NCBI RefSeq assembly: GCF_003334785.1
Contig: NZ_QOWV01000005.1
Reading direction: 5' to 3' (one strand)
DNA: 64,000 nucleotides
DNA from: Escherichia coli
GTDB taxonomy: Bacteria > Pseudomonadota > Gammaproteobacteria > Enterobacterales > Enterobacteriaceae
The notes under the pieces were generated by a model. The model saw only the letters and a list, made by a program, of their open reading frames with translations. It did no database searches and was not told the DNA's origin. Of the stretch, positions 1 through 11,755 are shown one piece after another (the first letter of the stretch is position 1; the number at the start of each line of letters is the position of its first letter). Made by a program: the position numbers and the translations under genes.

Positions 1-651
1 ATCGAAAAACGGCTTTTACAGAGCGGCGAAGATTATATTGCGATGCTTGAGGAAGCTCTTGCGGGTTACGGACGTTATCTGGATCTGCTGCAAGCGCGTG
101 CCGAGCCGGATTTAATCATTCAGGCGTTCAATGAGTACCAGCTTTTGTGCGCCCTGCGGGAAGGGCCGTTTGGCGTGGCTGGACTGAATGAGCGAATTGA
201 GCAGTTTATGCAACAGAAGCGCAAAATTCATCGTCATCCGCACTCTCGTTGGTACGAAGGTCGACCGGTGATGATTGCCCGTAATGACAGCGCGCTTGGG
301 TTGTTTAATGGCGATATCGGTATTGCGCTGGATCGCGGGCAGGGGACGCGCGTCTGGTTTGCGATGCCGGACGGCAATATTAAGTCTGTGCAACCGAGTC
401 GCTTGCCAGAGCACGAAACTACGTGGGCGATGACGGTACATAAATCGCAGGGATCGGAGTTCGACCATGCGGCGTTGATTTTGCCGAGCCAACGCACGCC
501 GGTAGTAACGCGAGAGCTGGTTTATACCGCGGTGACCCGCGCGCGTCGCCGTCTGTCGCTGTATGCCGATGAGCGCATATTAAGTGCGGCAATCGCCACT
601 CGTACTGAGCGGCGCAGTGGTCTGGCGGCGTTGTTTAGTTCACGGGAATAA
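1..651 (+). CDS. recD: RecBCD exonuclease V alpha subunit RecD, C-terminal part (5' end lies outside the window)
   Basis: ORF in frame from position 1; the C-terminal sequence (…[39 protein letters not shown]…) matches the RecD helicase C-terminus from memory. Confidence 0.85.
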
Positions 652-712
652 ACGTAATTGCCGGATGCGACGTACGAGTGTTACGCATGTCGCATCCGAC
701 GATTTTCATCGC

Positions 713-2044
713 TTACCCTAAATCCGCCATCAACACTTTGGATTTACGCTGGTAGTTGTACAACTGCTTTTTGCTCTCGGGCAGTAAATCAATATCCACT
801 GGGGTAAATCCACGTTCCTGGAACCAGTGAATACTGCGCGTGGTCAGCACAAACAATTTGCTTAAGCCGCTCTGCTTCGCCTGAGCGGCAATGCGTTCCA
901 GCAGAACTTCACCCCTTGATGAACTGCGGTAATCCGGGTGAACTGCCACACAGGCCATTTCCCCAATCTTCTCTTCCGGGAACGGATAGAGCGCGGCGCA
1001 GGCAATAGTCGTGTTATCGCGCTGAATAATGGTGAATTTGTCGATTTCCATCTCCAGCTGCTCGCGAGAACGGCGTACCAGAATACCTTGCTGCTCCAGT
1101 GGGCGAATCAACTCCAGAATACCGCCAATATCGTTGATTGTTGCGCGACGAATCTGCTCGGCGCTTTCCATCACAATCTGCGTACCGATACCGTCGCGTG
1201 AGAACAACTCTTGCAACAGCGCGCCATCTTCCTGATAACTGATTAAATGACAGCGACGCACGCCGCTGCGGCAGGCTTTCACTGCGCCACGCAAAAAGCG
1301 CACCGTACCGGAGTTGTAATCGCCTTTCTCTTCCTGGGCTTCTACCCGCGCTTGCGCTTCGTTAGGGAAAAGTTCGGAGACAATATCACCGTCGTCATTA
1401 GTGACGCCCTGGGAAGAGCAAAAACCAATCATCTTTTCAGCTTTCAGTTTGATGGCCAGTTGAGTGGCAATCTCTTCCGAGGTCAGGTTAAAGCTCTCGC
1501 CAGTGACTGAAACAGCGACCGGCCCCATTAGCACTATTGCACCGCTGTCCAGTTGACGATGGATCGCGTCTTCATCAATCCGCCGGATACGCCCGCTATG
1601 GCAGTAATCCACGCCGTCATCGACGCCCAGCGGCTGGGCAATAATAAAATTGCCACTGACGACGTTGATATGCGCGCCCTGCAGCGGCGTGTTATTGAGA
1701 CTCATCGACAGGCGAGCAGTAATATCCAGTTGCAATGTTCCCGCAGCCTGCTTCACCAGTTCCAGTGTTTTGGCGTCGGTCACACGTATATTCTTGTGAT
1801 ACAGCGGTTCGTGGTGATGCGCAGCCAGATTTGCGTCGATCTGCGGACGTGCGCCATAGACCACCACCAGACGGATGCCGAGGCTGTGCAACAACCCGAT
1901 ATCATTAACGATACTGGAGAAATTCTCATGCTCAATGGCTTCACCGCCGAGCATGATGACAAACGTTTTTCCCCGGTGGGTATTGATATAGGGAACCGAA
2001 TGGCGGAATCCCTCGACCAACTCGGTTTTACGTTCCTTTACCAC
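713..2044 (-). CDS. argA: N-acetylglutamate synthase (amino-acid acetyltransferase)
   Basis: ORF 713..2110; the protein begins [33 protein letters not shown]; a GTG start at 2044 gives the expected 443 aa. Confidence 0.9.
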   Translation of the reverse strand: MVKERKTELVEGFRHSVPYINTHRGKTFVIMLGGEAIEHENFSSIVNDIGLLHSLGIRLVVVYGARPQIDANLAAHHHEPLYHKNIRVTDAKTLELVKQAAGTLQLDITARLSMSLNNTPLQGAHINVVSGNFIIAQPLGVDDGVDYCHSGRIRRIDEDAIHRQLDSGAIVLMGPVAVSVTGESFNLTSEEIATQLAIKLKAEKMIGFCSSQGVTNDDGDIVSELFPNEAQARVEAQEEKGDYNSGTVRFLRGAVKACRSGVRRCHLISYQEDGALLQELFSRDGIGTQIVMESAEQIRRATINDIGGILELIRPLEQQGILVRRSREQLEMEIDKFTIIQRDNTTIACAALYPFPEEKIGEMACVAVHPDYRSSSRGEVLLERIAAQAKQSGLSKLFVLTTRSIHWFQERGFTPVDIDLLPESKKQLYNYQRKSKVLMADLG

Positions 2045-2275
2045 GGCACACCTCTTTGCATGATTATTCGAAATTAGTGTATTTTTATTCTGTTTTTTCG
2101 CAGGGTGCAAGTGTAAATTTTATGCGAGAGCGACTTTTTTATCAGTAATGCCGTGAATATAAAAAGAATGTTTACCGTTTATTAGATGACAGATTATGCG
2201 TCTTTCGCTAAAGTTTCCGGTCAAATTAGTCGTTTACTTGTTACACAGCTTAGATTTCTTTTGCTCGGGAGAGGC

Positions 2276-3529
2276 ATGTCAGGATCCAACACTGCAATCA
2301 GCCGTCGTCGTTTACTGCAAGGCGCGGGTGCCATGTGGCTATTGAGCGTAAGTCAGGTCAGTCTGGCTGCGGTCAGCCAGGTCGTGGCGGTGCGCGTCTG
2401 GCCTGCGTCCAGCTACACCCGCGTGACGGTGGAATCAAATCGTCAGCTGAAATATAAGCAGTTCGCGTTGAGTAACCCTGAACGCGTGGTGGTGGATATC
2501 GAAGATGTAAACCTGAACTCGGTACTCAAGGGGATGGCGGCACAAATTCGTGCAGACGACCCGTTCATCAAGTCGGCGCGCGTCGGGCAATTTGACCCGC
2601 AAACCGTACGGATGGTTTTTGAATTAAAGCAAAACGTAAAACCGCAGCTGTTTGCCCTTGCGCCGGTCGCCGGGTTTAAAGAGCGTCTGGTGATGGACCT
2701 CTATCCGGCCAATGCACAGGATATGCAGGACCCGCTGCTGGCGCTGCTGGAGGATTACAACAAAGGCGACCTCGAAAAGCAGGTGCCGCCAGCGCAAAGT
2801 GGTCCACAACCGGGTAAAGCAGGGCGCGATCGTCCGATTGTCATTATGCTTGACCCTGGCCACGGTGGCGAAGACTCCGGTGCGGTGGGGAAATACAAAA
2901 CGCGCGAAAAAGATGTGGTATTGCAAATAGCTCGCCGTTTGCGCTCTCTGATCGAGAAAGAGGGCAATATGAAGGTGTACATGACGCGCAATGAAGACAT
3001 CTTCATTCCATTGCAAGTGCGCGTAGCAAAAGCCCAGAAACAGCGTGCTGACCTGTTTGTCTCTATCCATGCCGACGCCTTTACCAGTCGTCAGCCGAGC
3101 GGTTCCTCTGTGTTTGCGCTCTCAACCAAAGGTGCAACCAGTACTGCGGCAAAATATCTGGCACAAACCCAGAACGCCTCGGACTTGATTGGTGGCGTGA
3201 GCAAAAGCGGTGACCGCTATGTCGACCACACCATGTTCGATATGGTACAGTCGCTGACCATTGCCGACAGCCTGAAGTTTGGTAAAGCGGTACTGAATAA
3301 GCTCGGTAAAATCAACAAGCTGCATAAAAATCAAGTTGAACAGGCCGGGTTTGCCGTACTAAAGGCACCAGATATTCCCTCCATTCTGGTCGAAACGGCG
3401 TTTATCAGTAACGTTGAGGAAGAGCGTAAACTGAAAACGGCGACTTTCCAGCAGGAAGTTGCGGAGTCTATTCTTGCGGGGATTAAAGCGTATTTTGCCG
3501 ATGGGGCGACGCTGGCGAGAAGGGGATGA
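2276..3529 (+). CDS. amiC: N-acetylmuramoyl-L-alanine amidase AmiC (Tat signal peptide)
   Basis: ORF 2186..3529; internal ATG at 2276 gives [23 protein letters not shown] (twin-arginine signal) and 417 aa; amidase_3 domain. Confidence 0.9.
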
Positions 3530-3530
3530 T

Positions 3531-3556
3531 AAAAAGGCGCTGAATGGCGCTTTTTT
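3531..3556. terminator. Hairpin flanked by an A-run and a T-run (bidirectional intrinsic terminator) after amiC
   Basis: AAAAAGGCGCTGAATGGCGCTTTTTT immediately after the amiC stop. Confidence 0.6.
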
Positions 3557-3571
3557 ATGGGAGACCAGAAA

Positions 3572-3596
3572 CAAAAAAACACCCGTTAGGGTGTTC
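3572..3596 (-). terminator. Intrinsic terminator downstream of the tRNA-fMet gene
   Basis: Minus strand reads ACACCC-TAAC-GGGTGT followed by TTTTTTT, just 3' of the tRNA. Confidence 0.6.
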
Positions 3597-3602
3597 AATA
3601 AT

Positions 3603-3679
<77 letters not shown>

Positions 3680-3887
3680 TCCGTGGATGCGCACTATACT
3701 CCGCTCGCGTTTTCATGCAACCTTTTTTTTACCCCGATCACGGATTTGGCATGATTTTGAACAAAAACAAATCACTAAAGCCTATTTTTTGTGCAAAATT
3801 TGCGTCAGGGAGAGGCTGCTCATTTCATTAAACGCGGCGGTTTGTTATCTTCGTTGCGCCTTATTTTTTAACCTGAAGAAGAGAACA

Positions 3888-4985
3888 ATGAAAGGACGTT
3901 GGGTAAAGTACCTTCTTATGGGCACGGTTGTGGCAATGCTTGCCGCCTGCTCTTCCAAACCAACCGATCGCGGACAGCAATATAAAGACGGGAAATTTAC
4001 CCAGCCTTTCTCTCTGGTGAACCAGCCAGATGCCGTTGGCGCGCCGATTAACGCCGGTGATTTTGCCGAGCAAATTAACCATATCCGTAATTCGTCACCG
4101 CGTCTGTATGGCAACCAGAGTAATGTTTATAACGCGGTGCAAGAGTGGCTGCGCGCAGGCGGTGATACCCGCAATATGCGCCAGTTCGGCATTGATGCCT
4201 GGCAGATGGAAGGTGCCGACAACTATGGTAACGTGCAGTTTACCGGTTATTACACGCCGGTAATTCAGGCGCGCCATACCCGCCAGGGCGAGTTCCAGTA
4301 TCCTATTTACCGTATGCCGCCAAAACGTGGTCGTCTGCCGTCTCGTGCGGAGATCTACGCGGGGGCATTGAGTGATAAATATATTCTCGCTTACAGTAAC
4401 TCCCTGATGGATAACTTCATTATGGATGTGCAGGGTAGTGGGTATATCGACTTTGGTGATGGCAGTCCGCTTAACTTTTTCAGCTATGCAGGGAAAAACG
4501 GTCATGCCTATCGCAGCATTGGTAAGGTGCTGATCGACCGTGGCGAAGTGAAAAAAGAAGATATGTCGATGCAGGCGATTCGTCACTGGGGCGAAACACA
4601 CAGTGAAGCCGAGGTTCGCGAGCTGCTGGAACAGAACCCGTCTTTCGTCTTCTTTAAACCGCAATCTTTTGCTCCGGTGAAAGGGGCAAGTGCGGTGCCG
4701 CTGGTTGGTCGCGCGTCAGTTGCCTCTGATCGTTCCATTATTCCGCCAGGTACTACCTTGCTGGCAGAAGTGCCGTTGCTGGATAATAACGGCAAATTTA
4801 ATGGTCAGTACGAACTGCGTCTGATGGTGGCGCTGGATGTCGGTGGTGCAATCAAAGGCCAACACTTCGATATCTATCAAGGGATCGGGCCGGAAGCCGG
4901 ACACCGCGCAGGTTGGTACAACCACTATGGACGTGTCTGGGTGCTGAAAACCGCCCCGGGCGCAGGTAACGTCTTTAGCGGCTGA
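3888..4985 (+). CDS. mltA: Membrane-bound lytic murein transglycosylase A (lipoprotein)
   Basis: ORF 3459..4985 runs spuriously across the tRNA; ATG at 3888 follows an AGAAGAGAA RBS and gives MKGRWVKYLLMGTVVAMLAACSS (lipobox), 365 aa. Confidence 0.9.
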   Translation: MKGRWVKYLLMGTVVAMLAACSSKPTDRGQQYKDGKFTQPFSLVNQPDAVGAPINAGDFAEQINHIRNSSPRLYGNQSNVYNAVQEWLRAGGDTRNMRQFGIDAWQMEGADNYGNVQFTGYYTPVIQARHTRQGEFQYPIYRMPPKRGRLPSRAEIYAGALSDKYILAYSNSLMDNFIMDVQGSGYIDFGDGSPLNFFSYAGKNGHAYRSIGKVLIDRGEVKKEDMSMQAIRHWGETHSEAEVRELLEQNPSFVFFKPQSFAPVKGASAVPLVGRASVASDRSIIPPGTTLLAEVPLLDNNGKFNGQYELRLMVALDVGGAIKGQHFDIYQGIGPEAGHRAGWYNHYGRVWVLKTAPGAGNVFSG

Positions 4986-5021
4986 TGTGATATTCTGTAT
5001 GCCGTTTTTACGGATATGACA

Positions 5022-5204
5022 GGGTGAGGGGTAACCTCACATCCTGATTATTGACTAAGTGCGCGTTGTTCATGCCGGATGCGGCGTGAACGCCTTATCC
5101 GGCCTACAAATCATGCAAATCCAAAATATTGCAGGAGTTATGTAGGCCTGATAAGCGTAGCGCATCAGGCATTTATGCGTTTAGGGTGAGGGATAACCTC
5201 GCCC
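5022..5204. repeat. REP/BIME-type palindromic elements flanked by two copies of a GGTGAGGG(G/A)TAACCTC hairpin
   Basis: GCCGGATGCGGCGTGAACGCCTTATCCGGCCTAC and GTAGGCCTGATAAGCGTAGCGCATCAGGC; hairpin copies at 5022-5040 and 5184-5204. Confidence 0.7.
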
Positions 5205-5223
5205 TTTTTAATTCTGAGGTGCT

Positions 5224-6030
5224 ATGTCTGTGGTAATTAGTGATGCATGGCGTCAGCGTTTTGGTGGCACAGCGCGTCTGTATGGTGAAAAAGCGTTGCA
5301 ACTGTTTGCTGACGCGCATATTTGTGTGGTTGGTATCGGTGGTGTCGGTTCCTGGGCGGCGGAAGCGCTGGCGCGCACGGGGATTGGCGCAATCACGCTT
5401 ATCGATATGGATGATGTGTGCGTCACCAATACCAATCGGCAAATTCATGCCCTGCGCGATAACGTTGGGCTGGCAAAAGCGGAAGTTATGGCGGAGCGTA
5501 TTCGCCAGATTAACCCGGAGTGCCGTGTAACGGTGGTGGATGATTTCGTGACGCCGGATAACGTAGCGCAGTATATGAGCGTGGGTTATTCGTACGTGAT
5601 TGATGCCATTGATAGTGTACGGCCCAAAGCGGCGCTGATTGCTTATTGTCGGCGCAATAAAATCCCACTGGTCACAACCGGTGGCGCGGGTGGGCAGATT
5701 GATCCGACGCAGATTCAGGTTACCGATCTGGCGAAAACGATTCAGGACCCGCTGGCGGCGAAGTTGCGCGAGCGCCTGAAAAGCGATTTTGGCGTAGTGA
5801 AAAACAGTAAAGGTAAGCTCGGCGTGGATTGCGTGTTTTCTACTGAAGCGCTGGTGTACCCGCAGTCAGACGGTACGGTGTGTGCGATGAAAGCCACGGC
5901 AGAAGGGCCGAAGCGGATGGATTGTGCATCTGGATTTGGCGCGGCAACGATGGTGACCGCCACCTTTGGGTTTGTTGCGGTTTCTCATGCGCTGAAGAAG
6001 ATGATGGCGAAAGCGGCGCGTCAGGGTTAA
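5224..6030 (+). CDS. tcdA: tRNA threonylcarbamoyladenosine dehydratase (ThiF/MoeB E1-like)
   Basis: 268 aa; Rossmann motif VVGIGGVGSWAAEALARTGIG; sequence matches TcdA/CsdL from memory. Confidence 0.85.
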   Translation: MSVVISDAWRQRFGGTARLYGEKALQLFADAHICVVGIGGVGSWAAEALARTGIGAITLIDMDDVCVTNTNRQIHALRDNVGLAKAEVMAERIRQINPECRVTVVDDFVTPDNVAQYMSVGYSYVIDAIDSVRPKAALIAYCRRNKIPLVTTGGAGGQIDPTQIQVTDLAKTIQDPLAAKLRERLKSDFGVVKNSKGKLGVDCVFSTEALVYPQSDGTVCAMKATAEGPKRMDCASGFGAATMVTATFGFVAVSHALKKMMAKAARQG

Positions 6031-6035
6031 ACAAT

Positions 6036-6067
6036 CAGGTCGGATGAGACGCGAACGTCTTATCCGA
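6036..6067. terminator. Palindromic hairpin between convergent tcdA and csdE
   Basis: GGTCGGATGAGACG…CGTCTTATCCGACC, a near-perfect inverted repeat. Confidence 0.5.
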
Positions 6068-6080
6068 CCCGGTTCTGTGC

Positions 6081-6524
6081 TTAAACCTGCTTCGTCGCAG
6101 CGATAATCGCCTCGCTTAACGCATTTAACCCCTGGCTGCGTGAGGCGCTAAGCTGCGCACGTAATCCCAGCTCATCAAACAATGCCAGTGGTGACTGTGC
6201 CTGCAACTCGGCGGCGGTTTTCCCCTCAACGGCAGTCAACAACACCGCCAGCAGGCCGCGCACAATGCGCCCTTCGCTGTCGCCAAAGAAATGCATTTTG
6301 CCGTTTTCAGCCACTGTATATCCCAGCCAGACGCGGTTTTCGCATCCGGCAATCTCTTTAGCCTGCGCTTTTAACTCGTCTGGCAATGCCGGAAGCTGTT
6401 TCCCCAGCATGATCAACTGGCGATATTTATCTTCCCATTGCGTCAACGGTGCGAAGGTATTGCGTAACGTTTCTGCGGTTACGGTTGTGCCGAACGGATG
6501 TCCGGCGAATTGCGGGTTTGTCAT
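6081..6524 (-). CDS. csdE: Sulfur acceptor protein CsdE (SufE-like)
   Basis: 147 aa SufE-family protein; its start overlaps the csdA stop (TAATG). Confidence 0.85.
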
Positions 6525-7729
6525 TAATCCACCAATAATTCCAGCGCGCGGTCAACGGCATTCACCAGCGCATCCACATCACTCTTTGTATTATATGGCG
6601 CAAAAGAGGCGCGCAGTGTGCCGGTTACGCCTAATTCTGCCAGTAGCGGCTGAGCGCAATGCTGCCCGGCCCGCAGGGCAATACCGTACTCCGCCAGCAG
6701 CGTCACCATATCGCTATGATGAACGCCAGCAAAATCAAAGGCCAGCAGGCTGGAATCCTGGCAGCGGAATGAACGAAAGCCGGGACGTTTCGCCAGCGCA
6801 TCTTCCGCCAGCGTTGCTAAGCTACGGCTCCAGCTTTCGGCCTGGTTGATATCGTAATCTGCCAGCCATTCCAGCGCCGCGCTTAATCCTATGACACCAG
6901 CGACATTTGGCGTTCCAGCTTCCAGTTTCCACGGCGCAGATTGAGTCGTGAAGCCGTCAAAACTCACTTCGTGAACCATTTTGCCGCCGCCCAGCCAGGG
7001 CGACATCGCCTCCAGCAGTTCTGATTTACCATACAGCACGCCGATACCTGTCGGGCCATACAGTTTGTGACCTGAAAAAGCATAGAAATCAATATCCAGT
7101 TGCTGAACATCCGCGGGGAAATGCACTGCCCCCTGAGCACCATCAACCATCACCACCATCCCGGCTGAATGAGCAAAGGTAATCGCTCGCGCCAGATCCG
7201 GGCAACCGCCAGTAACGTTCGACATCTGACCCAACGCCAGAATCCGACTACGGGGAGTAATCAGTTCTGGCAACAAATCGACATCCGGCAGTCGCTGCGC
7301 ATTAAGCGGCAATTTCACCACTTTGGCTCCAGTTTGTTGGGCGACCATCAGCCAGGGGACGAGGTTGGCGTGGTGTTCTGCCACGCTGACAATAATCTCA
7401 TCGCCCGGTTGCAGACGCGGACGCGCATAGCATTGTGCCACCATGTTGATGGATTCAGTGGTGCCGCGCGTCCAGACGATAGTTTTATCATCCGGTGCAT
7501 TCAGTAATTGCGCCACTTTCTCTCGTGCAGCTTCATAACGCGCGGTCAGGCGTTGGGCTTCGGCAAACTGGCTGCGATGGACGTTTCCGGCGCTCAGACT
7601 GTAAAACTGTTGGGTGGCTTCAACCACGGCTTCAGGTTTAAGCGCGGTCGCGGCGCTGTCGAGATAGACGCCCGCATCCTGTAGTGCGGGAAACTGGGCG
7701 CGAAACTGCGCGGGATTAAAAACGTTCAT
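6524..7729 (-). CDS. csdA: Cysteine desulfurase / sulfinate desulfinase CsdA
   Basis: ORF 6524..7765; start [20 protein letters not shown] at 7729 gives 401 aa; class V aminotransferase fold. Confidence 0.9.
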
Positions 7730-7920
7730 GGTACTCCTCGGCTTGATGCACCGATCGTGACGCAAAATTCACTTTGATACAAGGAGAGTGCTAACCATCA
7801 GAATTATCTGGATATCCTGGCGAAGCCGCGTAAGTAACATATGCTGAATAGTGTTAGGCGTTAATTTTAGCCTGTTAATCAATACTATTAAGATTTATTA
7901 ATCGCTTTAAGGAGAAGATG

Positions 7921-8148
7921 ATGAAAAAGACTGCCGCAATTATTTCTGCCTGTATGCTGACTTTTGCCCTGAGCGCCTGTTCCGGTTCGAACTATGTGAT
8001 GCACACCAATGACGGACGTACCATCGTCTCTGACGGCAAACCACAGACTGATAACGATACCGGTATGATTTCGTATAAAGACGCTAATGGCAACAAACAG
8101 CAGATCAACCGTACTGACGTGAAAGAGATGGTCGAACTGGATCAGTAA
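7921..8148 (+). CDS. ygdI: DUF903 family lipoprotein YgdI
   Basis: [23 protein letters not shown] lipobox; 75 aa (the ORF track starts one Met earlier, at 7918). Confidence 0.8.
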   Translation: MKKTAAIISACMLTFALSACSGSNYVMHTNDGRTIVSDGKPQTDNDTGMISYKDANGNKQQINRTDVKEMVELDQ

Positions 8149-8164
8149 TTCGCGATCGCAAGGT

Positions 8165-8370
8165 AAAAAAAAGCACCGCAATTAGGCGGTGCTACATTAA
8201 TCACTATGGACAGACAGGGTAAATGTACAGGAAGTGAAAAAAGGTAGCTTTGCTACCATGGTCTGAATCGCAGACCAATTGCAAACACAACAACACAACA
8301 TCACAACCGTAAGCCAAAAGTTCACCAGAACACGCATTCCGATAAAACTTTTCGTTCCGGCTCAGGAAGT
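8165..8370 (-). ncRNA. gcvB: GcvB small regulatory RNA
   Basis: Reverse complement begins ACTTCCTGAGCCGGAACG, contains the GU-rich seed GTTGTGATGTTGTGTTGTTGTGTTTGC and ends in a terminator hairpin (GCACCGC…GCGGTGC) plus T8; divergent from gcvA. Confidence 0.9.
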
Positions 8371-8498
8371 GCCGCCACTATAGGTATTTGCTGGTAGAAG
8401 CTCAACGGACAATTTATAATGGCTAAGATTAAAAAAACTAATAGGTTACATAGTGTGATCTAATTGTTAAATTCATTTAACATCAAAGTTTAATAGCC

Positions 8499-9416
8499 AT
8501 GTCTAAACGATTACCACCGCTAAATGCCTTACGAGTTTTTGATGCCGCAGCACGCCATTTAAGTTTCACTCGCGCAGCAGAAGAGCTTTTTGTGACCCAA
8601 GCCGCAGTAAGTCATCAAATCAAGTCTCTTGAGGATTTTTTGGGGCTAAAACTGTTCCGCCGCCGTAATCGTTCACTCCTGCTGACCGAGGAAGGGCAAA
8701 GCTATTTCCTCGATATCAAAGAGATATTTTCGCAATTAACCGAAGCGACGCGTAAACTCCAGGCCCGTAGCGCCAAGGGGGCGTTGACGGTCAGTTTACT
8801 CCCCAGTTTCGCCATTCATTGGTTGGTTCCGCGACTTTCCAGCTTTAATTCAGCTTATCCGGGAATTGACGTTCGAATCCAGGCGGTTGATCGTCAGGAA
8901 GATAAGCTGGCGGATGATGTTGATGTGGCGATATTTTATGGTCGGGGCAACTGGCCGGGGCTACGGGTGGAAAAACTGTACGCCGAATATTTATTGCCGG
9001 TGTGTTCGCCGCTACTGCTGACTGGCGAAAAACCCTTGAAGACACCGGAAGATCTGGCTAAACATACGTTATTACATGATGCTTCGCGCCGTGACTGGCA
9101 GACATATACCCGACAGTTGGGGTTAAATCATATCAACGTTCAGCAAGGGCCAATTTTTAGCCATAGCGCCATGGTGCTGCAAGCGGCTATCCACGGGCAG
9201 GGAGTGGCGCTGGCAAATAACGTGATGGCGCAATCTGAAATCGAGGCCGGACGTCTTGTTTGCCCGTTTAATGATGTTCTGGTCAGTAAAAATGCTTTTT
9301 ATCTGGTTTGTCATGACAGTCAGGCAGAACTGGGTAAAATAGCCGCCTTTCGCCAATGGATCCTGGCGAAAGCCGCTGCTGAACAAGAAAAATTCCGCTT
9401 TCGTTATGAACAATAA
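8499..9416 (+). CDS. gcvA: LysR-type transcriptional regulator of the glycine cleavage system
   Basis: 305 aa; N-terminal HTH LNALRVFDAAARHLSFTRAAEELFVTQAAVSHQIKSLE. Confidence 0.9.
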   Translation: MSKRLPPLNALRVFDAAARHLSFTRAAEELFVTQAAVSHQIKSLEDFLGLKLFRRRNRSLLLTEEGQSYFLDIKEIFSQLTEATRKLQARSAKGALTVSLLPSFAIHWLVPRLSSFNSAYPGIDVRIQAVDRQEDKLADDVDVAIFYGRGNWPGLRVEKLYAEYLLPVCSPLLLTGEKPLKTPEDLAKHTLLHDASRRDWQTYTRQLGLNHINVQQGPIFSHSAMVLQAAIHGQGVALANNVMAQSEIEAGRLVCPFNDVLVSKNAFYLVCHDSQAELGKIAAFRQWILAKAAAEQEKFRFRYEQ

Positions 9417-9434
9417 TTTACGTAGGGTACGACC

Positions 9435-9830
9435 ATGACCAGCCGTTTTATGCTGATTTTCGCCGCCATTAGCGGCTTCATTTTTGTGGCTCTGGGCGCT
9501 TTTGGCGCGCATGTGTTAAGTAAAACCATGGGGGCCGTTGAGATGGGCTGGATCCAGACCGGCCTCGAATACCAGGCGTTTCATACGCTGGCGATCTTAG
9601 GTCTGGCGGTGGCAATGCAGCGTCGCATCAGTATCTGGTTTTACTGGAGTAGCGTTTTCCTCGCGTTAGGCACGGTGTTGTTCAGCGGCAGCCTTTATTG
9701 CCTGGCGCTGTCCCATCTGCGTTTGTGGGCGTTTGTCACTCCGGTTGGCGGCGTGAGCTTCCTCGCGGGCTGGGCGTTAATGTTAGTTGGTGCTATCCGT
9801 TTAAAGCGCAAGGGCGTAAGTCATGAATAA
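9435..9830 (+). CDS. ygdD: DUF423 inner-membrane protein YgdD
   Basis: 131 aa, hydrophobic throughout; overlaps rlmM by 8 nt. Confidence 0.8.
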
Positions 9831-10923
9831 GGTTGTATTGCTGTGCCGTCCGGGCTTTGAAAAAGAGTGCGCCGCAGAAATTACCGATAAAGCCGGCCAG
9901 CGGGAAATTTTCGGTTTTGCCCGCGTGAAAGAGAATGCGGGTTATGTCATTTATGAATGTTATCAACCTGATGATGGCGATAAGTTAATCCGTGAGCTGC
10001 CGTTCAGTTCATTAATTTTTGCCCGCCAGTGGTTTGTGGTGGGGGAACTCCTGCAGCATTTGCCGCCAGAAGATCGTATTACCCCCATTGTCGGCATGTT
10101 ACAGGGCGTAGTAGAGAAGGGCGGTGAACTGCGTGTTGAAGTTGCCGATACCAACGAAAGCAAAGAGTTACTGAAATTCTGCCGTAAATTTACTGTTCCG
10201 CTACGCGCTGCCTTGCGCGATGCCGGGGTGCTGGCGAACTATGAAACGCCGAAGCGTCCGGTTGTGCATGTATTCTTTATTGCACCAGGCTGCTGCTATA
10301 CCGGTTACTCATACAGCAACAATAATTCGCCGTTCTATATGGGCATTCCGCGCCTGAAATTTCCGGCAGATGCGCCGAGTCGTTCCACGCTCAAACTGGA
10401 AGAGGCATTTCATGTGTTTATTCCTGCGGATGAGTGGGATGAACGCCTGGCGAACGGGATGTGGGCGGTGGATTTAGGCGCTTGCCCTGGCGGCTGGACC
10501 TACCAACTGGTGAAGCGCAACATGTGGGTTTATTCCGTCGACAACGGCCCGATGGCGCAAAGTCTGATGGATACCGGACAGGTGACGTGGCTGCGGGAAG
10601 ACGGTTTCAAATTCCGTCCGACGCGCAGCAATATCTCCTGGATGGTATGCGATATGGTTGAAAAACCGGCGAAAGTTGCGGCATTGATGGCGCAGTGGCT
10701 GGTTAATGGCTGGTGCCGTGAAACCATTTTCAACCTCAAACTGCCGATGAAAAAACGCTACGAAGAAGTGTCACACAATCTGGCGTATATTCAGGCACAG
10801 CTTGATGAACATGGCATAAATGCTCAGATTCAGGCGCGGCAGTTGTATCACGATCGCGAAGAAGTGACGGTGCACGTCCGCCGCATCTGGGCTGCGGTGG
10901 GTGGTCGTCGCGACGAGCGATAA
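9823..10923 (+). CDS. rlmM: 23S rRNA (C2498 2'-O)-methyltransferase RlmM
   Basis: 366 aa; matches RlmM/YgdE from memory. Confidence 0.85.
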
Positions 10924-10966
10924 CAGGCAAGGCCGGGGCGTCGTCTCCGGCCTGCTACCCTTTCCG

Positions 10967-11698
10967 TCAGGCTGTTACCAAAGAAGTTGCAACCTGGCGC
11001 TCATCAGAAATAATGTGCGTTACCTCATCCAGATGCCCGATGCGGGCTTCCCCTGAACGATTAAATTTACTTTTATCAATCAATAACAACGATTGCGCGG
11101 CACGTTTTAATAGCATCGATTTGTAATCAGCGTTGATCGCATTGGAGTCCCACAGTGCGCCGCTGCTATCGATCCCTTCACAAGAAAAAATAAACAGATC
11201 GATTTCCAGCGATTTAAGTTGGGAAATCAGCGAGGGATTGACGTAACAGCCATATTTGCGCTCAAGTGTGCCGCCGGAACTGATCAGTTGAATGCGTTCG
11301 CGTTTACCGAGTTCATGGCAAATCGGATGGCTATTGGTGAAGACCTGAATGTTGATGTCAGGCAACTGGCGTGCCAGATACCAGCAAGTTGAACTGGCGT
11401 CTAAGGCTATCACCATCCCTTCTTCAATCCACGCGAGCGCCTCGCGCGCGATATCTGCTTTATGCGCATAATGGCTTTTCAGCCTGATGTGAAAGGGATC
11501 GCCACTGTCTTGATTTTGACGGTGGATATATTTAGCGCGTCCATGATTGCGCAGAATTTTACCCTGCGTCTGTAATTCATTGAGATCGCGACGAATGGTT
11601 TCTTTACTGACCTTTAGCTGTTCAGAGAGAGCTTCCGTGGTCAGGCTGGTATGGTTCAGCAGCAGGTCGACTATCGCTTGCTGGCGTGCCGCTTTCAT
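10967..11698 (-). CDS. fucR: L-fucose operon activator FucR (DeoR family)
   Basis: ORF 10967..11707; start MKAARQQAIVDLL gives 243 aa; DeoR-type HTH. Confidence 0.85.
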   Translation of the reverse strand: MKAARQQAIVDLLLNHTSLTTEALSEQLKVSKETIRRDLNELQTQGKILRNHGRAKYIHRQNQDSGDPFHIRLKSHYAHKADIAREALAWIEEGMVIALDASSTCWYLARQLPDINIQVFTNSHPICHELGKRERIQLISSGGTLERKYGCYVNPSLISQLKSLEIDLFIFSCEGIDSSGALWDSNAINADYKSMLLKRAAQSLLLIDKSKFNRSGEARIGHLDEVTHIISDERQVATSLVTA

Positions 11699-11755
11699 AT
11701 TTTTCACCCCATCATTCGATAACCGCCCGCGTCATGCGGGCGTACCGGTATGAGA

